A stretch of DNA of 54,221 nucleotides, the filler included, from Jimgerdemannia flammicorona (taxonomy: Eukaryota): assembly GCA_003990765.1 (NCBI GenBank). It is 2 parts of 2 records of this genome, joined end to end, with 100 filler letters (N's around TTAATTAATTAA, not from the genome) between each part and the next. Parts side by side here need not be neighbours in the genome. Positions count along the whole stretch, not along the records: positions 1 to 27,064 come from RBNJ01000666.1; positions 27,165 to 54,221 come from RBNJ01000667.1. One strand, 5' to 3'. The translations under genes and the position numbers were made by a program. This document shows, piece by piece, positions 25,336 through 37,898 of the stretch (positions within the stretch are counted from its first letter, which is position 1; each line of letters starts with the position of its first letter). The notes below the pieces were generated by a model, which did not search any database, was not told the DNA's origin, and saw only the letters and a program-made list of their open reading frames with translations.

Positions 25336-25446
25336 GCTAGTTCTATCCAAGATCTCTTGAACAAAGTCTTTGATGTATATGGTCCTCTGATACAAGGCCA
25401 TTATGCCAGCCTGATGCTCTACTCATCTCTTATCTATGAACAACTA

Positions 25447-25546
25447 ACTCTGAAATGGTCTGGAACTAAGTGAAGCTTAGTCCTAGATGAATGAGATGTC
25501 ATAAGTACTGAAGTCTGTCCCAGACTTTGCAAGCTTGAGGAAGACC
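25447..25546 (+). repeat. Internal complementary region (ICR) of DIRS I
   Basis: 25447-25482 is the reverse complement of the left end (15413-15448). 25483-25546 is the reverse complement of the right extension (~25869-25931). Confidence 0.93.
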
Positions 25547-25668
25547 ATAAAGAGTTAGTTTCTCATCCATCTCTACCCTTTTTATTTCCTTCCTTATGGA
25601 TTCTTCTTCCTTCCTTCCCTGGTGGTGTCAGCTACTGGGCTTTTTTTCCTTACTTCTAATTTGAGCTC

Positions 25669-25933
25669 ACTGCCAATCTTTCTTGGCTAAGAGAACTCTA
25701 TGAGAGCCAGGACACTCTTTTATTACTATGTTTTACTTCTAGTTTTACACAATGTCTCACACAATAAGTCTTAGACAGATGAATTTGCAGTTGCATATAA
25801 AACAAATATGTCTAAGATAAAATAAAGCATACCAATACTTTCAGGATGGTATAAACCAACTCTTCACAGTCCTCTCCAAGCTTGCAAAGTCTGGAATAGA
25901 CTTCAGCATCTATGGTGCCTCATCCACCTGAGA
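25669..25933 (+). repeat. Right ITR plus right extension of DIRS I
   Basis: Inverted to 15444-15640. The extension is complementary to the ICR. Confidence 0.92.
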
Positions 25934-26027
25934 ACCCATTACTTTAAAGTCCAAGAAGAAGTATATCCTGAAGATCATATTTTGAGATATCTAAAATAAA
26001 GTCTGACAAAAGATTCAAGATATAGAA

Positions 26028-27040
26028 AACCACCTTTTCCTATTAATATTTCCATAACACAACTTCACAATATACTCTTGAGCAGTTTATTAGAGAAAGG
26101 CATATATAATATGATAACAAATAGACTATCTAACAAGTATACTGAGTCAGGAGAACCTGAGGCCTTCAACTGACAATATATTGAGAGGGGCTATAGTATT
26201 GGAATGGAGTTCTTTAGCAGTAGATATAAGTATAGAGAGTAGTGTAGAAGTTGACTATCACATCTAGGTAGAGGAGAGCAGGGGTCAATAAGTTTTGCTG
26301 ATAAGGTAAAGGTGGGGAATTGGTCTGGAGATATATAGAGCAATAAGGCAGGGGAGAAGGAGAAGATAAATACTAGAAGGGCTAGTAGACTAATGACTGG
26401 TATAATAGATATAGGGACTAGTGGGGCTGTAGCTGAGAGCAGGAGTGAGGCTACTAATAGTGGTATAAAGGGAGATCTGGAAAAAAATCCAGATGTGAGC
26501 ACTGATAGTAGAACTGAGCTGGTGGGATATAGAGGAAAAGAGAACCTAGTAGATAGTATAATAGACTTAATAGTAGCTCTATTACTTAAGAAGTCAATTT
26601 TGAAATTTGCTATCATATTGTGCTTTCAGAGGCTAGTAGTAATAGTGAAGATAGTTCTGGAGCTAATCTTAAAGCAGATAACTGAAGCAGCTTTGGTGAA
26701 ATTCCTGCAGAGATTGGAAGAGGTTGTGGTGGGTTTTGAGGAGGCAGAGCTATTAGAGGAAGTATTGAAGGCTGAGTTGGTAGTTGGTGAGATGGTAGTA
26801 CTAATGGCTCAATACTTGAGATAGAACCTAAGAGTTGTTCAGCTCTTGGTAAAAGGGATATCTATATTGATAGTAGCTGAGATAAGAAGGAGGGTGGAGA
26901 ATGTTATAGTAAAGTATAATAATATCATAGATGTTAGATTCTGAGTCTGGGAGGGGACCTCATTCAGAACTGAGGATGTAGATATCTGGCTCTAGCTTGC
27001 TGAGAAGGAGGTAACTAGAAAGACTTATATATAACAGATC
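26028..27040 (+). mobile_element. LINE D, 5' part (5' UTR and ORF1 from 26111), heavily deaminated
   Basis: ORF1 is homologous to LINE A ORF1 (GDLEKNPD vs GDLAKNPD; AALVKFL; VGFEE). The 5' motif is shared with LINEs A and C. Confidence 0.85.
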
Positions 27041-27064
27041 TTTTTTTTTTTTTTTTTTTTTTTT
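27041..27064 (-). repeat. Poly-T, probable poly-A tail of a minus-strand LINE running into the gap
   Basis: 24 T at the contig end. Confidence 0.6.
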
Positions 27065-27164
27065 NNNNNNNNNNNNNNNNNNNNNNNNNNNNNNNNNNNN
27101 NNNNNNNNTTAATTAATTAANNNNNNNNNNNNNNNNNNNNNNNNNNNNNNNNNNNNNNNNNNNN
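27065..27164. other. Assembly gap spacer (44 N + TTAATTAATTAA + 44 N)
   Basis: Exactly 100 bp. The 12-mer gives stop codons in all six frames. Confidence 0.97.
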
Positions 27165-27383
27165 GAAGCCGAGAGTGTCACCTACCACCTAACCACGCCG
27201 CACCAATCAAAAGGCCCCACCGAAGCAGCACCTACCCCAGCCCCGACGACCGCCCCCAGCCTGGCACCCTACTGGTTCACCGTAATCGCCCTTCCGCCTA
27301 TCTGTGATGGCCATCTCCCCTCCCATCCCGACAACACCCGAAAAGCAGTCACCTACGCCAGAACCACGCTCACCGGGAAGCTC
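27165..27383 (-). mobile_element. Young, CpG-intact fragment of the LINE E family, 5'-truncated at 27383
   Basis: Colinear with 12310-12528. It has 15 CpG versus 1 in the old copy. Confidence 0.92.
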
Positions 27384-30300
27384 GTGTGACCTATTGCTAT
27401 AAGTGAAGTATGTACTGGTCATATGAGGAAAATTCCTAATTTCAAAGATATCATCACTTATAGTTGTGGTTACACAGGGTTAACAGGTCTTGGTCCTCTT
27501 TTTTTTTGTCTGGTTGATGCATTTGTGAGGACTGGCCATTCTTATCTAGGGTGAGAGCTCACATTGTTATGGCTGGGGGTTCAAACCTCTCAGAAATAGA
27601 ATTTCTTGTAATTTGAGGCAATTCCTAGTAACAATATCTGTCATGTAGATGGACTTAGACTGGTTTCAATATTGTCAGCTTTCCTAAGTTCCATATGAAA
27701 TGTCCATCATCATCCAGCAGAGATGATACAGATGATATAAAATGGAGTTATTTAAATGTGTTTTACTGTACTATGCTAGATTGTTTATCACCTGAGTGTC
27801 TTTTCATTTATTAATTATAGTGTTCCTTTTTCTACAATGTTCAGTATTATATGTTACAGATAAAATATATAGTATCCTTCTGCTCACTATGTGCTCTAAT
27901 TCTTAAAGCTGTAGTTCCTTCCTTTGCTGGGGGGTGAGTGTTTTCATATAGTCCTAGAGGGCTTGTATGTATTCTTCAGAGTTTCTTCTTTTTCCCAAGT
28001 GGCATCATGGGTGGGGTAACCCTTCCACTTGATCAGAAAGAACTACTTGACTGTTTTGGAATATTTGTGGACCTTGTGGTCAAGTACTTCCTCAATTTTG
28101 AATTTCTCATGATCATTGATCCTAATTAGGGGTGGTGGTGAAACTATATGCTCAGGGAATGGGTTCTCATGGTAGTTCACCAATTGGCTGATATGGAATA
28201 CTGGGTGTACTCAGATATTGTGGGGAAGTTGCAACTTGTAGTTGACTTTGCTGACTTTTTCCACAATCTTGTATAGTCCAATTCTTCTAGCACAGAGTTT
28301 CTTGGCTGATTGTTGTGCTAGGGTATCCAGGTGGAGGTGATATGTTCTAAGTATGACCATATCACTAATATTGTAGGAGACTTCTCTTCACTTCAAGTTC
28401 ACACACTTGGTCTGATAGTCTTGCACTTCTATGAGAGCATCTCTTGTCATTTGGGTAAGATCAGAAATGATCTCAGCCAGATCTTGGACTGCTGAGACTG
28501 CTGATTTCACAGTAGTACTCAGAGTCCTTGGGTGTTGACCATAGTTCAGAAAGAATAGAATCTTCTTCATGGAGATTTACTGACTGTTGTTATAGGCAAA
28601 CTTGGCATAGGCTAGATACTTGTCCTAATCATTTTGCTTATAACAGCAGAAGATGCTAAGCATCTGTTTGAGAGTTCTGTTGGTTCATTTGGTTTGGCCA
28701 TTAGTCTGAGGGTAGTAGGCAGTAGAGAACTTCAGCTTGGTTCCATAAAGAGAGAAAAATGCCTTCCAGAGGTTGCTTGTGAACTTGGCATCTTAGTCAG
28801 ATACAATAGTACTAGACATACTATATAGCCTAAATACTTGATTGAGAAAAATCTCAGCAATCTCTAGAGCTATAGTGGTGGTCTTAGTGAGTGCAAAATG
28901 GGCTTGTTTACTTAGGCAGTCTATGAATACCATGATGGCATCCCATTCTGTCTTAGTCTTGGGGAGTTAGACAATGAAGTCTATTGTAATCTGATCTTAG
29001 TTATGACTCAGGATTGGTAGCAGTTGCAGAAGTCCTGCTGATAGCTTGTTACTACTTTTGAACCTTTGGCACATCTCACATGAGACCACAAAGTCTTTGA
29101 TGTTCTTAGTCATTTTAGGCCAGTAGAACTCTCTTAAGAGGAGGTTGTAGGTCTTTTTGAAACCAAAGTGTCCTACTGCAGGGGAATCATGGAGTTCCTG
29201 CATGATCTTGAGTTGTGGAGTATTATTATGGATACAACCACTCTGTTATGGTCTCTATAGATAAGTCCATTATGGTAAGTGAATCTCTTGGACATTTGCC
29301 TCATGAGTTCTGGGATCTTGGCTTCTGGGTCTTGGCAGAATTGGAGGAATTTCATTAGGGGGCTGTCCTGCTAGCCATCCTTGATCATCTGGGTCAAATA
29401 TCCAATTACCTTGACTATAAAGACAAGTTCATCTTCCATGTACCTAGAGAAACCATCAGCCATACAATTGGTTTTGCCTGAGATATACTTGATTTCCATA
29501 TCAAAGTTAGCAATGATTTCCATTCAGCAGGCTTGTCTGTGGGTCAGCATAAGCTGTGTGTGAATATACCATAGAATATGGTAATCAGTATAGACCACAA
29601 ATAGTTGTCCTAGAAGGAAATAGTGCCATTCCTGGAGTATAGTAACAATGGCCAGAAGTTCCTTCTCATGAGTAGTATATCAGGTCTCAGCTGGCTTGAG
29701 CTTTTGAGAAAGGTAGGCTACTGGGCAGTCTTTTTGGCTGATTACTGCCCCAATAGCAATGTCAGAGGCATCTGTGGTCAGAGTGAATGGCCTAGTAGGG
29801 TCAGGTGCAATTAGCACTGGGGCCTCAATAAGGAGTCTCTTGAGATGGTCCATAGTCAGGGTGTATTCAGGGGTTCATTCAGTTTTGATGTTTACTCCTT
29901 TGTGGGCCAGGCTGGTCAGTGGGGCTGCAATAGTAGAGTATCCTTAGATAAACCTTCAGTAGTAACTAGCAATACCCAGAAAGTACTATAGTAGCTTGAG
30001 GATAGTAGGGATAAGAATATCCTTAAGGGCTGATATCTTTCAGGAGTCCATATTGATACCTTCAGCAGAGATGATATGTCCTATATACTCAATCTGGTCT
30101 TGATAGAATTTGTATTTGCTCATCTTAGTATAGAGTTGGTGTTCTCACAGAAGGGTCAGTACTTGTCTGAGATAGGTATAGTGTAGCTCTACTGTTTCAC
30201 TGTAGATTAGTATATTGTCAATATATATAAGGATACAGATATTGAGGAGTGGTCCAAAGATGTCATTTATCAGATACTAGAATATTGCTAGCATATTAGT

Positions 30301-33300
30301 CAAACCAAAAGATATGACTTGGAACTGGTAGTATCCAAACCATGTTCAGAAAGCTGTCTTCTCAATATCCTTCTTGTCAATGAGAATCTGGTGGTAGTCA
30401 TTTCACAAGTCTAGTAGAGAAAAGGTCTTGGCCTTAAAGATTTGATATAGCAGCTCACAATTCTAGGCAAGGCATACCAGTTCTTGATGGTGATCTTGTT
30501 GAGAGCTCTGTAGTCAATATATATTTGCAGAGAGCTGTCCTTCTTCTTAACAAATAGAATGGGGGCTCCAAATGGAGAGTGGCTGGGTTCAATATATCTT
30601 TGGGCCAGTAATTTAGTCAACTCATCCTTAAGAGTCTTGAGCTCAGGTTGGGTCAGTTGATAGATACTCTTATATGGGGGTTCAGATCCTGAAATAAGAT
30701 CAATTCCATGTTAGATTTGACACTTGGGTAGAAGTCCTTGAGGATCTTGGAATATATCTCAGAATTCCTCAAACAGTTCTTGGACTTCTATTGGAATTGG
30801 GCTACTTGTAGCTTCAGTAACTTCTTGTACTGTGCAGATGAAATAAGTGTTTTCCTTTTTTCAAGAGAGTCTCTTCATTTGAATGGCAGAGATGATTTCA
30901 ATTCCTTAGTGGTTGGTACCTTCCTGGGGTGTCAGGGTGATCTTTCTGCCTTCATGGGTCAGGTTAACCTCGTTGGTTCTCCAGTTGATATCTGGGTTAT
31001 GCTGGGTCAACCAGGCTTTTCCTAGGATAATGTCTTGTCCTGGGAGGTCTACAATGCTGAAGTCCAACTTCTCTTGATATTTGCCAATCTTGAGCAAGAG
31101 ATCTTCACAGATTTTAGTCAATGGTGTAGTTTTACCATTACCAAAGATAACACTTCTTTTCTCAGTAGCTGGTCTGCTTCAGACTCCAATCTTCTTGACA
31201 GTCTTGATACTGATATAGTTTTCAGTAGCACCACTATCAAGCAAGACATTGATATTCTATCTGTAGACTTGGCCTGTGAACTTGATGCAACTGTCCTCCT
31301 TCTTGATGGTGTTGAGCTCTTTATTCTCATTATTGTCCCAATTGCTATCAGTCTCCTCAAAGTTAGTTTCTTCCTATCTTTCACAAGGAGGGTTGTCTTG
31401 TTTGGATTCCTCAGTCTGTTGGACTTGACACTTCTTGGATTGAATTTTGAAATCTTTGGAGAGGTATATATGGTATTCACCAATATGTTCTATATAGTAC
31501 ATTTGAATAGAATGAGGGCATCGTCCACATAGTGTATAACCATCTGCAATTCTCTTATACCAGTTTTCATCATCTTTCTTCATGGTAGTGACCTTTTGAC
31601 TGAGAGGTTTGTTGGTTGATCCAAACCCTTTCTTACTATGGTCTGTTTGTAAGAGCTTAGGGACTTCTTCAATGGTGAGATCTTGATAGATTTCTTCAAT
31701 AATTGTTTGAGCAATTCTTTGGCCTACTTTGACTTCAAATGATGTATCCCCAAAATTTTACAAGATGATACAGATTTCACCAGTAAATTCTTAATCAACT
31801 ACTCCTCTTCCTAGCCCAATATTGAACTCTTTGGCTAGGCTGCTTCATTCAGCAAGTTGGATGTATGTATCTTGGAAGCTTGTATTGTAATTCCTATTCA
31901 CACTGTAGCATTGGTACTTGGTAGAATAGTGAGGTCTTGACTGCTGTCGAGGTCATATCCAGTATCAGTTGGGTGGGCCTTAGTGGGGATGGTGTCCTTA
32001 TACCATATCTTCTGTACTTTGATGATATTCTCAGAGTTCTTCTTTCCTGGACCTTCTCCAATGATAGTAATGTTCTGGTTACTGTGTTTGCCTGATGTTT
32101 CTCTTCTCAGGGCATTTAAATGAGATGTGTCCTACCTTCTTACAGATGAAGCACAATCCCTTTTCACAGAGCTGCTTCTTTTCATCCTCAGTAGGAGGTC
32201 TGGGTCCTCTGGGGTTTCACTGGTTCCTTTGATCACTTCTTTGCTCATTTCTCTAGTCATTCCTTCTGGTAGGATTCCTCCTATCTTGGTTATCCTTCTT
32301 GTGTTCTTGATTTTATGGAGCTTGTGCAGCAAGGATTTTACAGGCTCTTCTTTGTACTTAGGCAAAGCACTATGAGTAGTAGGGACATCCTTGGGGAAGA
32401 CCTTGTTCCTTGATCTTCTGGGTGAGCCAGTCTGATAGGGCTGCAAAAAGATGGTTGGCTCTGATACCATTGATGACCAAATTGTTCTCCTGATAGGTAA
32501 GTCCAACAGTTTTGAGATAGGCATCCATTCTGATGGCAAAGATCTCTAGATTCTCTTTGCCATTCTTGTGGAACTTTATCTGGGACAGTTTGTTCCAAGT
32601 TTCTTGTATGTAGGCCATATTTCAGAATTTGGTCAGTAGCAAGGCCTTGAGTCCTGGGCCTGCTTCATAGTCATCCCAACCTGGTCTATTATTGGTAGGT
32701 GCTTGTCCATTGACTTGAGGGTGGTCTTCCCAGGTTACTGGATATTATTCTAAGGTTTGCCAGAATTTGGCTGCTGTTTCAGTGAAGAATATAGCTACTG
32801 TTTCCACTTATACTGCTGATGTGGCAAACAGCTGTTAAAGGGTGTTGTTCTGGTTATTTATGAGTATTCCTATAGGCACTCGGTTGTCATTCCATTGGTT
32901 TGCTCAGTAGTCTGTATCAACTATATTGATGATGTTTTCGATGTTACTGTTTTTTTCACTGAATATTGGGATTCACAGGGTCTTGGTTGGTTTGTTCTGT
33001 TCAGCAATCTGTCCTACTATCCCTGCTAGTACAGCTAGGTGGGTAGTCAGTGCTGCAATATTGACATCTACCATTGTATTGACTATTAGTGGTGGGCCTG
33101 TTGGGGTAGATTCTCCTGAAGATTGTTCTACTTGGTGGAGTTATGGTGTTGTATGACTTGGAGTTACTTGGTTCTCAGATATCAGATCAAAGAGTCCTGT
33201 GAGAGAGGGTAAACCAAACCTCTGTATAGATGACTGGGTTGGTTCTGGGGTCTGATTTTCTTGACCTGTGGTTCCTTGATAAATTCCTAGGCCTGCTGTT

Positions 33301-34744
33301 CCTAGTTGGCTATCATCAGACTGGTAACCTGTAGAGTCTTCATCTGACTTCCTTTCCTGATGAGAAAGTGCATCCTCATACTGGCTAGGTCCTTCAAAGA
33401 GGATATCAGTCTCTAGCTAGGTAGATGGGCCTGCTCCTTGTTCAGCAGTAGGAGATGGGTGGCCTGCTTGCTCGTTCTCATACCTGGTTATGGCAGAGGT
33501 ATAGTATACAACCAGCCTGTAGTAGAGAGAGGTTTTGGTAGGAGTATGATGATATCTGTCAGAGGCAATCCACTTGACAGCTGCTTCTCTTGCAGCAGGG
33601 GGTGTGATATAATCTAGAAAATCCTGGGTAGCTGCAGCAGTAGATTCTGGGGTTCCAGTGGAATGTGTCCTTGGAGAAGTTCATAGAACCTATGGTAGCT
33701 AACTATATTCCTAAGTCCTGAGTGGTAAGTCCTAAAGGCCTGGTATAGATCCTTATAAGCCTGGTCAATTACAAGCTGGTAGGTCCCTGGGTCTGTGGCT
33801 TCCTGATACCACCTGGTCCTAATGGCAAGGGCTTCTCTGGTTCTGATTTGGGGATCTACAGTTGGTCCTGGGGGTTACTCCTCTCCAAGGTTGGTCTTGT
33901 TCCAACTTCTCAGGAGTGTGTTCTTGATGTCTTCTTGGCTGGTAATCTGCTGCTACCAAGTTTTAATAACTCTCACTTCTACCCCTCTCTTATCCTTAGG
34001 ATAATTAGGGAAGTAAGACTATTACTTAGGAACTTAGTATATAATGTGTACCAAGAAGCCTTCAGTTTGAGGAAGTACTTGCTTATAAATAGTTGTAGTG
34101 GCAGTACCTTCTATTTCAAACATCTTTCTCTAGTTTGCCCTATCTTTCAAGAGTCTTGTACTTTGCTGTGCACAGACTGAATTCACCTTGGAATTCAGGT
34201 TCAATGGGTTTACTTAAGTCTTTGGGATTTATATACTGGTCTCAGTTCTGGCAGAAGTTAGCTAGGCTTCTGGAGTTTAGTCAGAAACACTAGAGTCACT
34301 TAGATGTCATTACTAAGACTCAGAAGAATATATGTGTGTGGGGGGGACTTGATTCTTGTATCAAGGACTGAACTAAAACTGCTTTATTTCAGATGGAAAC
34401 TGGGGGTATTTATAAAAGTTGGTCTGCAATTTCTGACTAAGTATGTGTGACTAATTTGATAACTATAATGAGGTTTGTGATCATGATCTTTGTTAGATGG
34501 TTTTTGGTAAAAACAACTTTGTGATCAGGACCTCAATTACTAGATAATGATTAGCTGCTGTGGTAATAGTTGCTGTGGCACTGGTTGTCAGAAATAAGCT
34601 GGATATTGTTTTTTGCATCATTTTTCACATCATTCATTTGTTCGTTATTTATATGTCATGCTTGATCATATGATGATTTCATTGCCAGGTCATGTGATCA
34701 CTTATTGCATCTTGTCTATTTGCTTGTTCATTCATTCTATTATA
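27384..34744 (-). mobile_element. Chromodomain Ty3/gypsy copy K (5' LTR, gag, dUTPase, PR, RT, RH, INT, CHD); 3' end missing at the LINE/gap
   Basis: Reverse complement of 40979-~48340. PBS TGGTAGCAGCAG at 33958-33947. Confidence 0.95.
33962..34744 (-). repeat. 5' LTR of copy K
   Basis: Inverted copy of 40979-41747 and 49308-50086. Confidence 0.95.
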
Positions 34745-35602
34745 GAGGTAACTAGCAATGACCCATATGCTGATAGAATGTTTGAGGTCTGAGAGGAGGC
34801 CTGAGAGAACTCACCTACTCCTACTCCTCTTATCAGTGAGGTCCAGCTTCCTGAAGCAGAGTGGTAGAGGATGTGCTAATACAGGGGGTCTAGCAAGTAC
34901 AATTTGGAGTTCCAGAGGTGGCAAATGGGAGACAAGTGGTGGCAGTTGGAGAGGAGGAACTGGTGGATATCCTGGAGGTGTGAGATGCATCTGCAAATGC
35001 CAGAGCTGACACCATGATGCTAGAAGGAGAGAGGCCAGCAACTCCTAGAGAGAAGGAGGTGGGGAACCATCTTTGGATATATAGAATGATGAATAACCTA
35101 GTGGCTGAAGAGTTGGGGGAGGTGGACCTGAGAGTAATATGTGATGAGCATTGGGCAAGAATCCTGCAGGGGGATGGAGTAGTGATGGTATTGAAGGCAG
35201 AAATCCTTGCAGTGTATCTGAAGGAGGAAGGGTATGAGGTGGATAAGGAGTGAGAGATAGAGCTGGTAGGTGTTACTGGGGAGAGAGCTGAATACTACTG
35301 GACCAAGCATCATACATAGATTGCAGCTCTGGCAGGAGGCCTGCCTGGAGTACTGGGAGGAGTTTGAGGAGAAAGCAGATGGGGAGATGAATGAGCTGTT
35401 GGCTGAATTGGAGACTCAGAGGGCTGAAGAGGAGGCAGTGACTGCAGAATATAATCTGGATATGGCACAGGAAGAGGTAAATAATGAGCAGTAGAGATGG
35501 ACTTGATAACATACTATATTTTATTATGAATAGTATAACTAATATTTTTTCTTTGAATGTGAATAGATTACAGAGTACTTCTTGATATAGAAACATTTTT
35601 CA
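34745..35602 (+). mobile_element. LINE D (or a sibling), ORF1 C-terminus and start of ORF2 endonuclease (ATG 35526)
   Basis: EELGEVDLRV...WARILQG...EILAV matches LINE A ORF1. MNSITNIFSLNVNRL is an APE endonuclease N-terminus. Confidence 0.85.
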
Positions 35603-36044
35603 GACAGCTTTCACCGGTAACATTTGGGTGACACAAGACTCAGATGACACTTTTTACAATGTTTTTGGTATCTGATGAATAACAACATAGATAGCAAAAA
35701 TTGAACTGGTGAGCATACTGGCCAGGGGGGTGATGGCACCTTTGGCTGGCAGCAGGTGGAGAGGAGGGGAGATGGTTTGGGGATGCCGGGGGCCTCAATG
35801 GCTAGCTGGGGCCCAGGTGGTGGAGGGAGGGGTGGTCTGCAGCAGAGAGGAGGGGAGAGGTCAACCTTTGCTGGGACTTCTTTTACTCAAACCATTCAGA
35901 GTGAGCTAAGCCAAACAGATATCACTTCATGACAAGTAACACATTTTCAAGTTTTCACTTTGGTTATACTGGTGTATAAGGTGCAGCAAAAGTCTGGCAA
36001 TAGTTTACAACAAGTTTCATCGAAATCCATCAAGTTTTTGTGAT

Positions 36045-37898
36045 ATGGTGACTCAAAGCTCATCAAGCTCAGAGCACCTGGAGAGGAGGAGGCCTGACCT
36101 GGGCCTCCCCAAGAGTTTTGCAGTGGCTGTTGGTCAAGGTGGAGCTAGAGGGCAGGTGGGTGGTCAAGGGCCAGCAGCAGGACTGGATGGTTGGCGCATG
36201 GTGATGGGGAGTAAGTGGGCAGCCTCTAGGCCTATGGTGGGGGGGCAGCAGGGGCATAGTATTGACAGGGGTGGACATCAGGTGACTGGTCAGCTGACTG
36301 GCCAGGGACCCAGCAGGGGTCAGGGGTCCCAGGGTGTGATGACTGGGACTAGCTTTCCTGGGGCTGGACCAGTGGCTGGGGGTGGGACTGCTGGTGGCAC
36401 AGTAGCTCCTGGTGAGGTAGTAGCAGGTGTGTTCGGCAGCAAGAATAAGGCAACTCTGGTGGCAGGAACTGGGGAGCTGGTAGTATGACCATTCTTCCAT
36501 AAGTCAGTATTGACTTGGGCAGTTTCCACCAATTTCTTGGGCCTTGGTTTGTCAGCCAAGGAAGTTCTATGACTGGTGGGTGAGGAGGTTGCAGGAGCTG
36601 AGTCACTGAGGTTTATCCCCTTAGCAGAGACAGTGGAGGTCAGATTTGTAGAGGAGGAGGCTATGGTGAAGACCTTGGAGAAGGGGCTGGTGGTTAAGAA
36701 TGTTAAGGTGGGAATGGCGAGGTGCCTAAGATGGGACCCACATGCAGTGAGGTTGGTGGTGGAAGGATTGCCAACATTGAGCAGACAGGAGACTAAGATA
36801 GTGATCACCAAGGTGCTGGAAGGCTTTGGGGAGATGGTGGATTTTGGATTTATGTTCTGGGAGGGTATGAAGTTGGGAAATGGCAATTGTGAGGCAATGG
36901 TGTGGCTGGAGGGGAAGGAGACAATGGGTCTGGGGCAAGACTGGTCAGAGGTCATTCGTGTTGGGGAGCAAGACTGTCGGGTCTGGAGGAGGAAAGGCTC
37001 CGAGCAGGAAGAGGAGGAGCTGCTGATAGCCCTTGAGGAGCGTAATGAGGCGAAGGCTTTGCAGAAAAGGAAGTGGGAGGAATTCGCTAAAGATTGGGTC
37101 TGGATTGAGATAGATGGCAAGAGGAAGCGTTGGTATAGGGCAAACTGGGAACGGCTGCAGGCAGTGTTGCAAGCATCTTTGGAGGAGGAGGTTGAAAGAG
37201 TAGCATCTGACAGGAACTGAATAGAAAGGGTAGAGGTGACCGAGGTGTCCTTCTCCCAGCTGGGGGGAGTGGGAGAATCTGCATAAGCACCAGTGACTAG
37301 GAAGTGGGCAGATGGTGAGGAGGAGTGAGGAGGGGGCTTCAAAGATAATGTGAGGTGGTTCCAGAAACTCAGATAGAAGACATGGTGATGGCTAGATCAG
37401 CGAATGTACACTGGGAATGTCCAGAAGTGGGGGAGGTAGTGAGGTTGGATAAGATCTCTGAAGAGGATGAGCTGGTGGATATTGCCTCGGATGTATCTGC
37501 AGATAGGGAATTGCTTCAGGAGCTGTATAGGACTCCCAGGCCTGCGACTCCTGAGCCATTGGCAATGGTGGTGGATGGCTGGTTCCAGGCAGTTCTGGAG
37601 GAACTGGCAGAGGATGACATTAAGGAAGTGGATGTATTTTAGGACTCCTCAGAGACATGGGAAGGATTTCTTAAGGTGGCATTGCAGGGACCGAAGCTGG
37701 TGACAGTGATGGTAGCAGCCCTTCTGGAAGATGAAGGGTATGAGGTAGATGATGGCCGAATGGCAGATATTCATAAGGTAGCATCTGAGTGAGTAGACCT
37801 CTTCTGTGGTAGTGACAATGGTGTGAGAATTTGGAGGGCTGTTTGTGAGGAGCATCGAGACATCATTAAGGGCTGAGCTGAGAAGGTGGTGGCAGTAG
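36045..37898 (+). pseudogene. LINE B ORF1
   Basis: SFA motif, Gly-rich N-terminus, and homology to ORF1 of LINEs A and D (VxFxEE, MAxCxxWDP). Confidence 0.8.

Larger units (their letters stand above)
15412..25933 (+). mobile_element. DIRS1-type tyrosine-recombinase retrotransposon (element I), structurally complete and decayed
   Basis: ITRs, ICR, gag, RT/RH, MT and YR in DIRS1 order. AGA trinucleotide at both ends. Confidence 0.93.
11585..26027 (+). mobile_element. Ty3/gypsy relic H: 5' LTR (~11585-13587, split by LINE E), PBS and gag remnants (13700-15411, 25934-26027), hosting the DIRS element and LINE D
   Basis: LTR end at 13587 followed by a PBS, homology to G, and purine-rich decayed gag. 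The left boundary is approximate. Confidence 0.65.

Noticed and set aside
27008..27018. GAGGTAACTAG also at 34745, a possible TSD
   Set aside because: The two sites map to different parts of LINE ORF1, the first is not adjacent to an LTR, and 11 bp is too long for a Ty3 TSD.
27109..27120. TTAATTAATTAA palindrome
   Set aside because: Artificial six-frame stop linker centred in the N spacer.
36320..37342. Long minus-strand ORFs over the LINEs (340 aa here, 282 aa at 50605-51453)
   Set aside because: Ser/Pro/Thr-rich shadows of G-rich sense ORF1 with no motifs.
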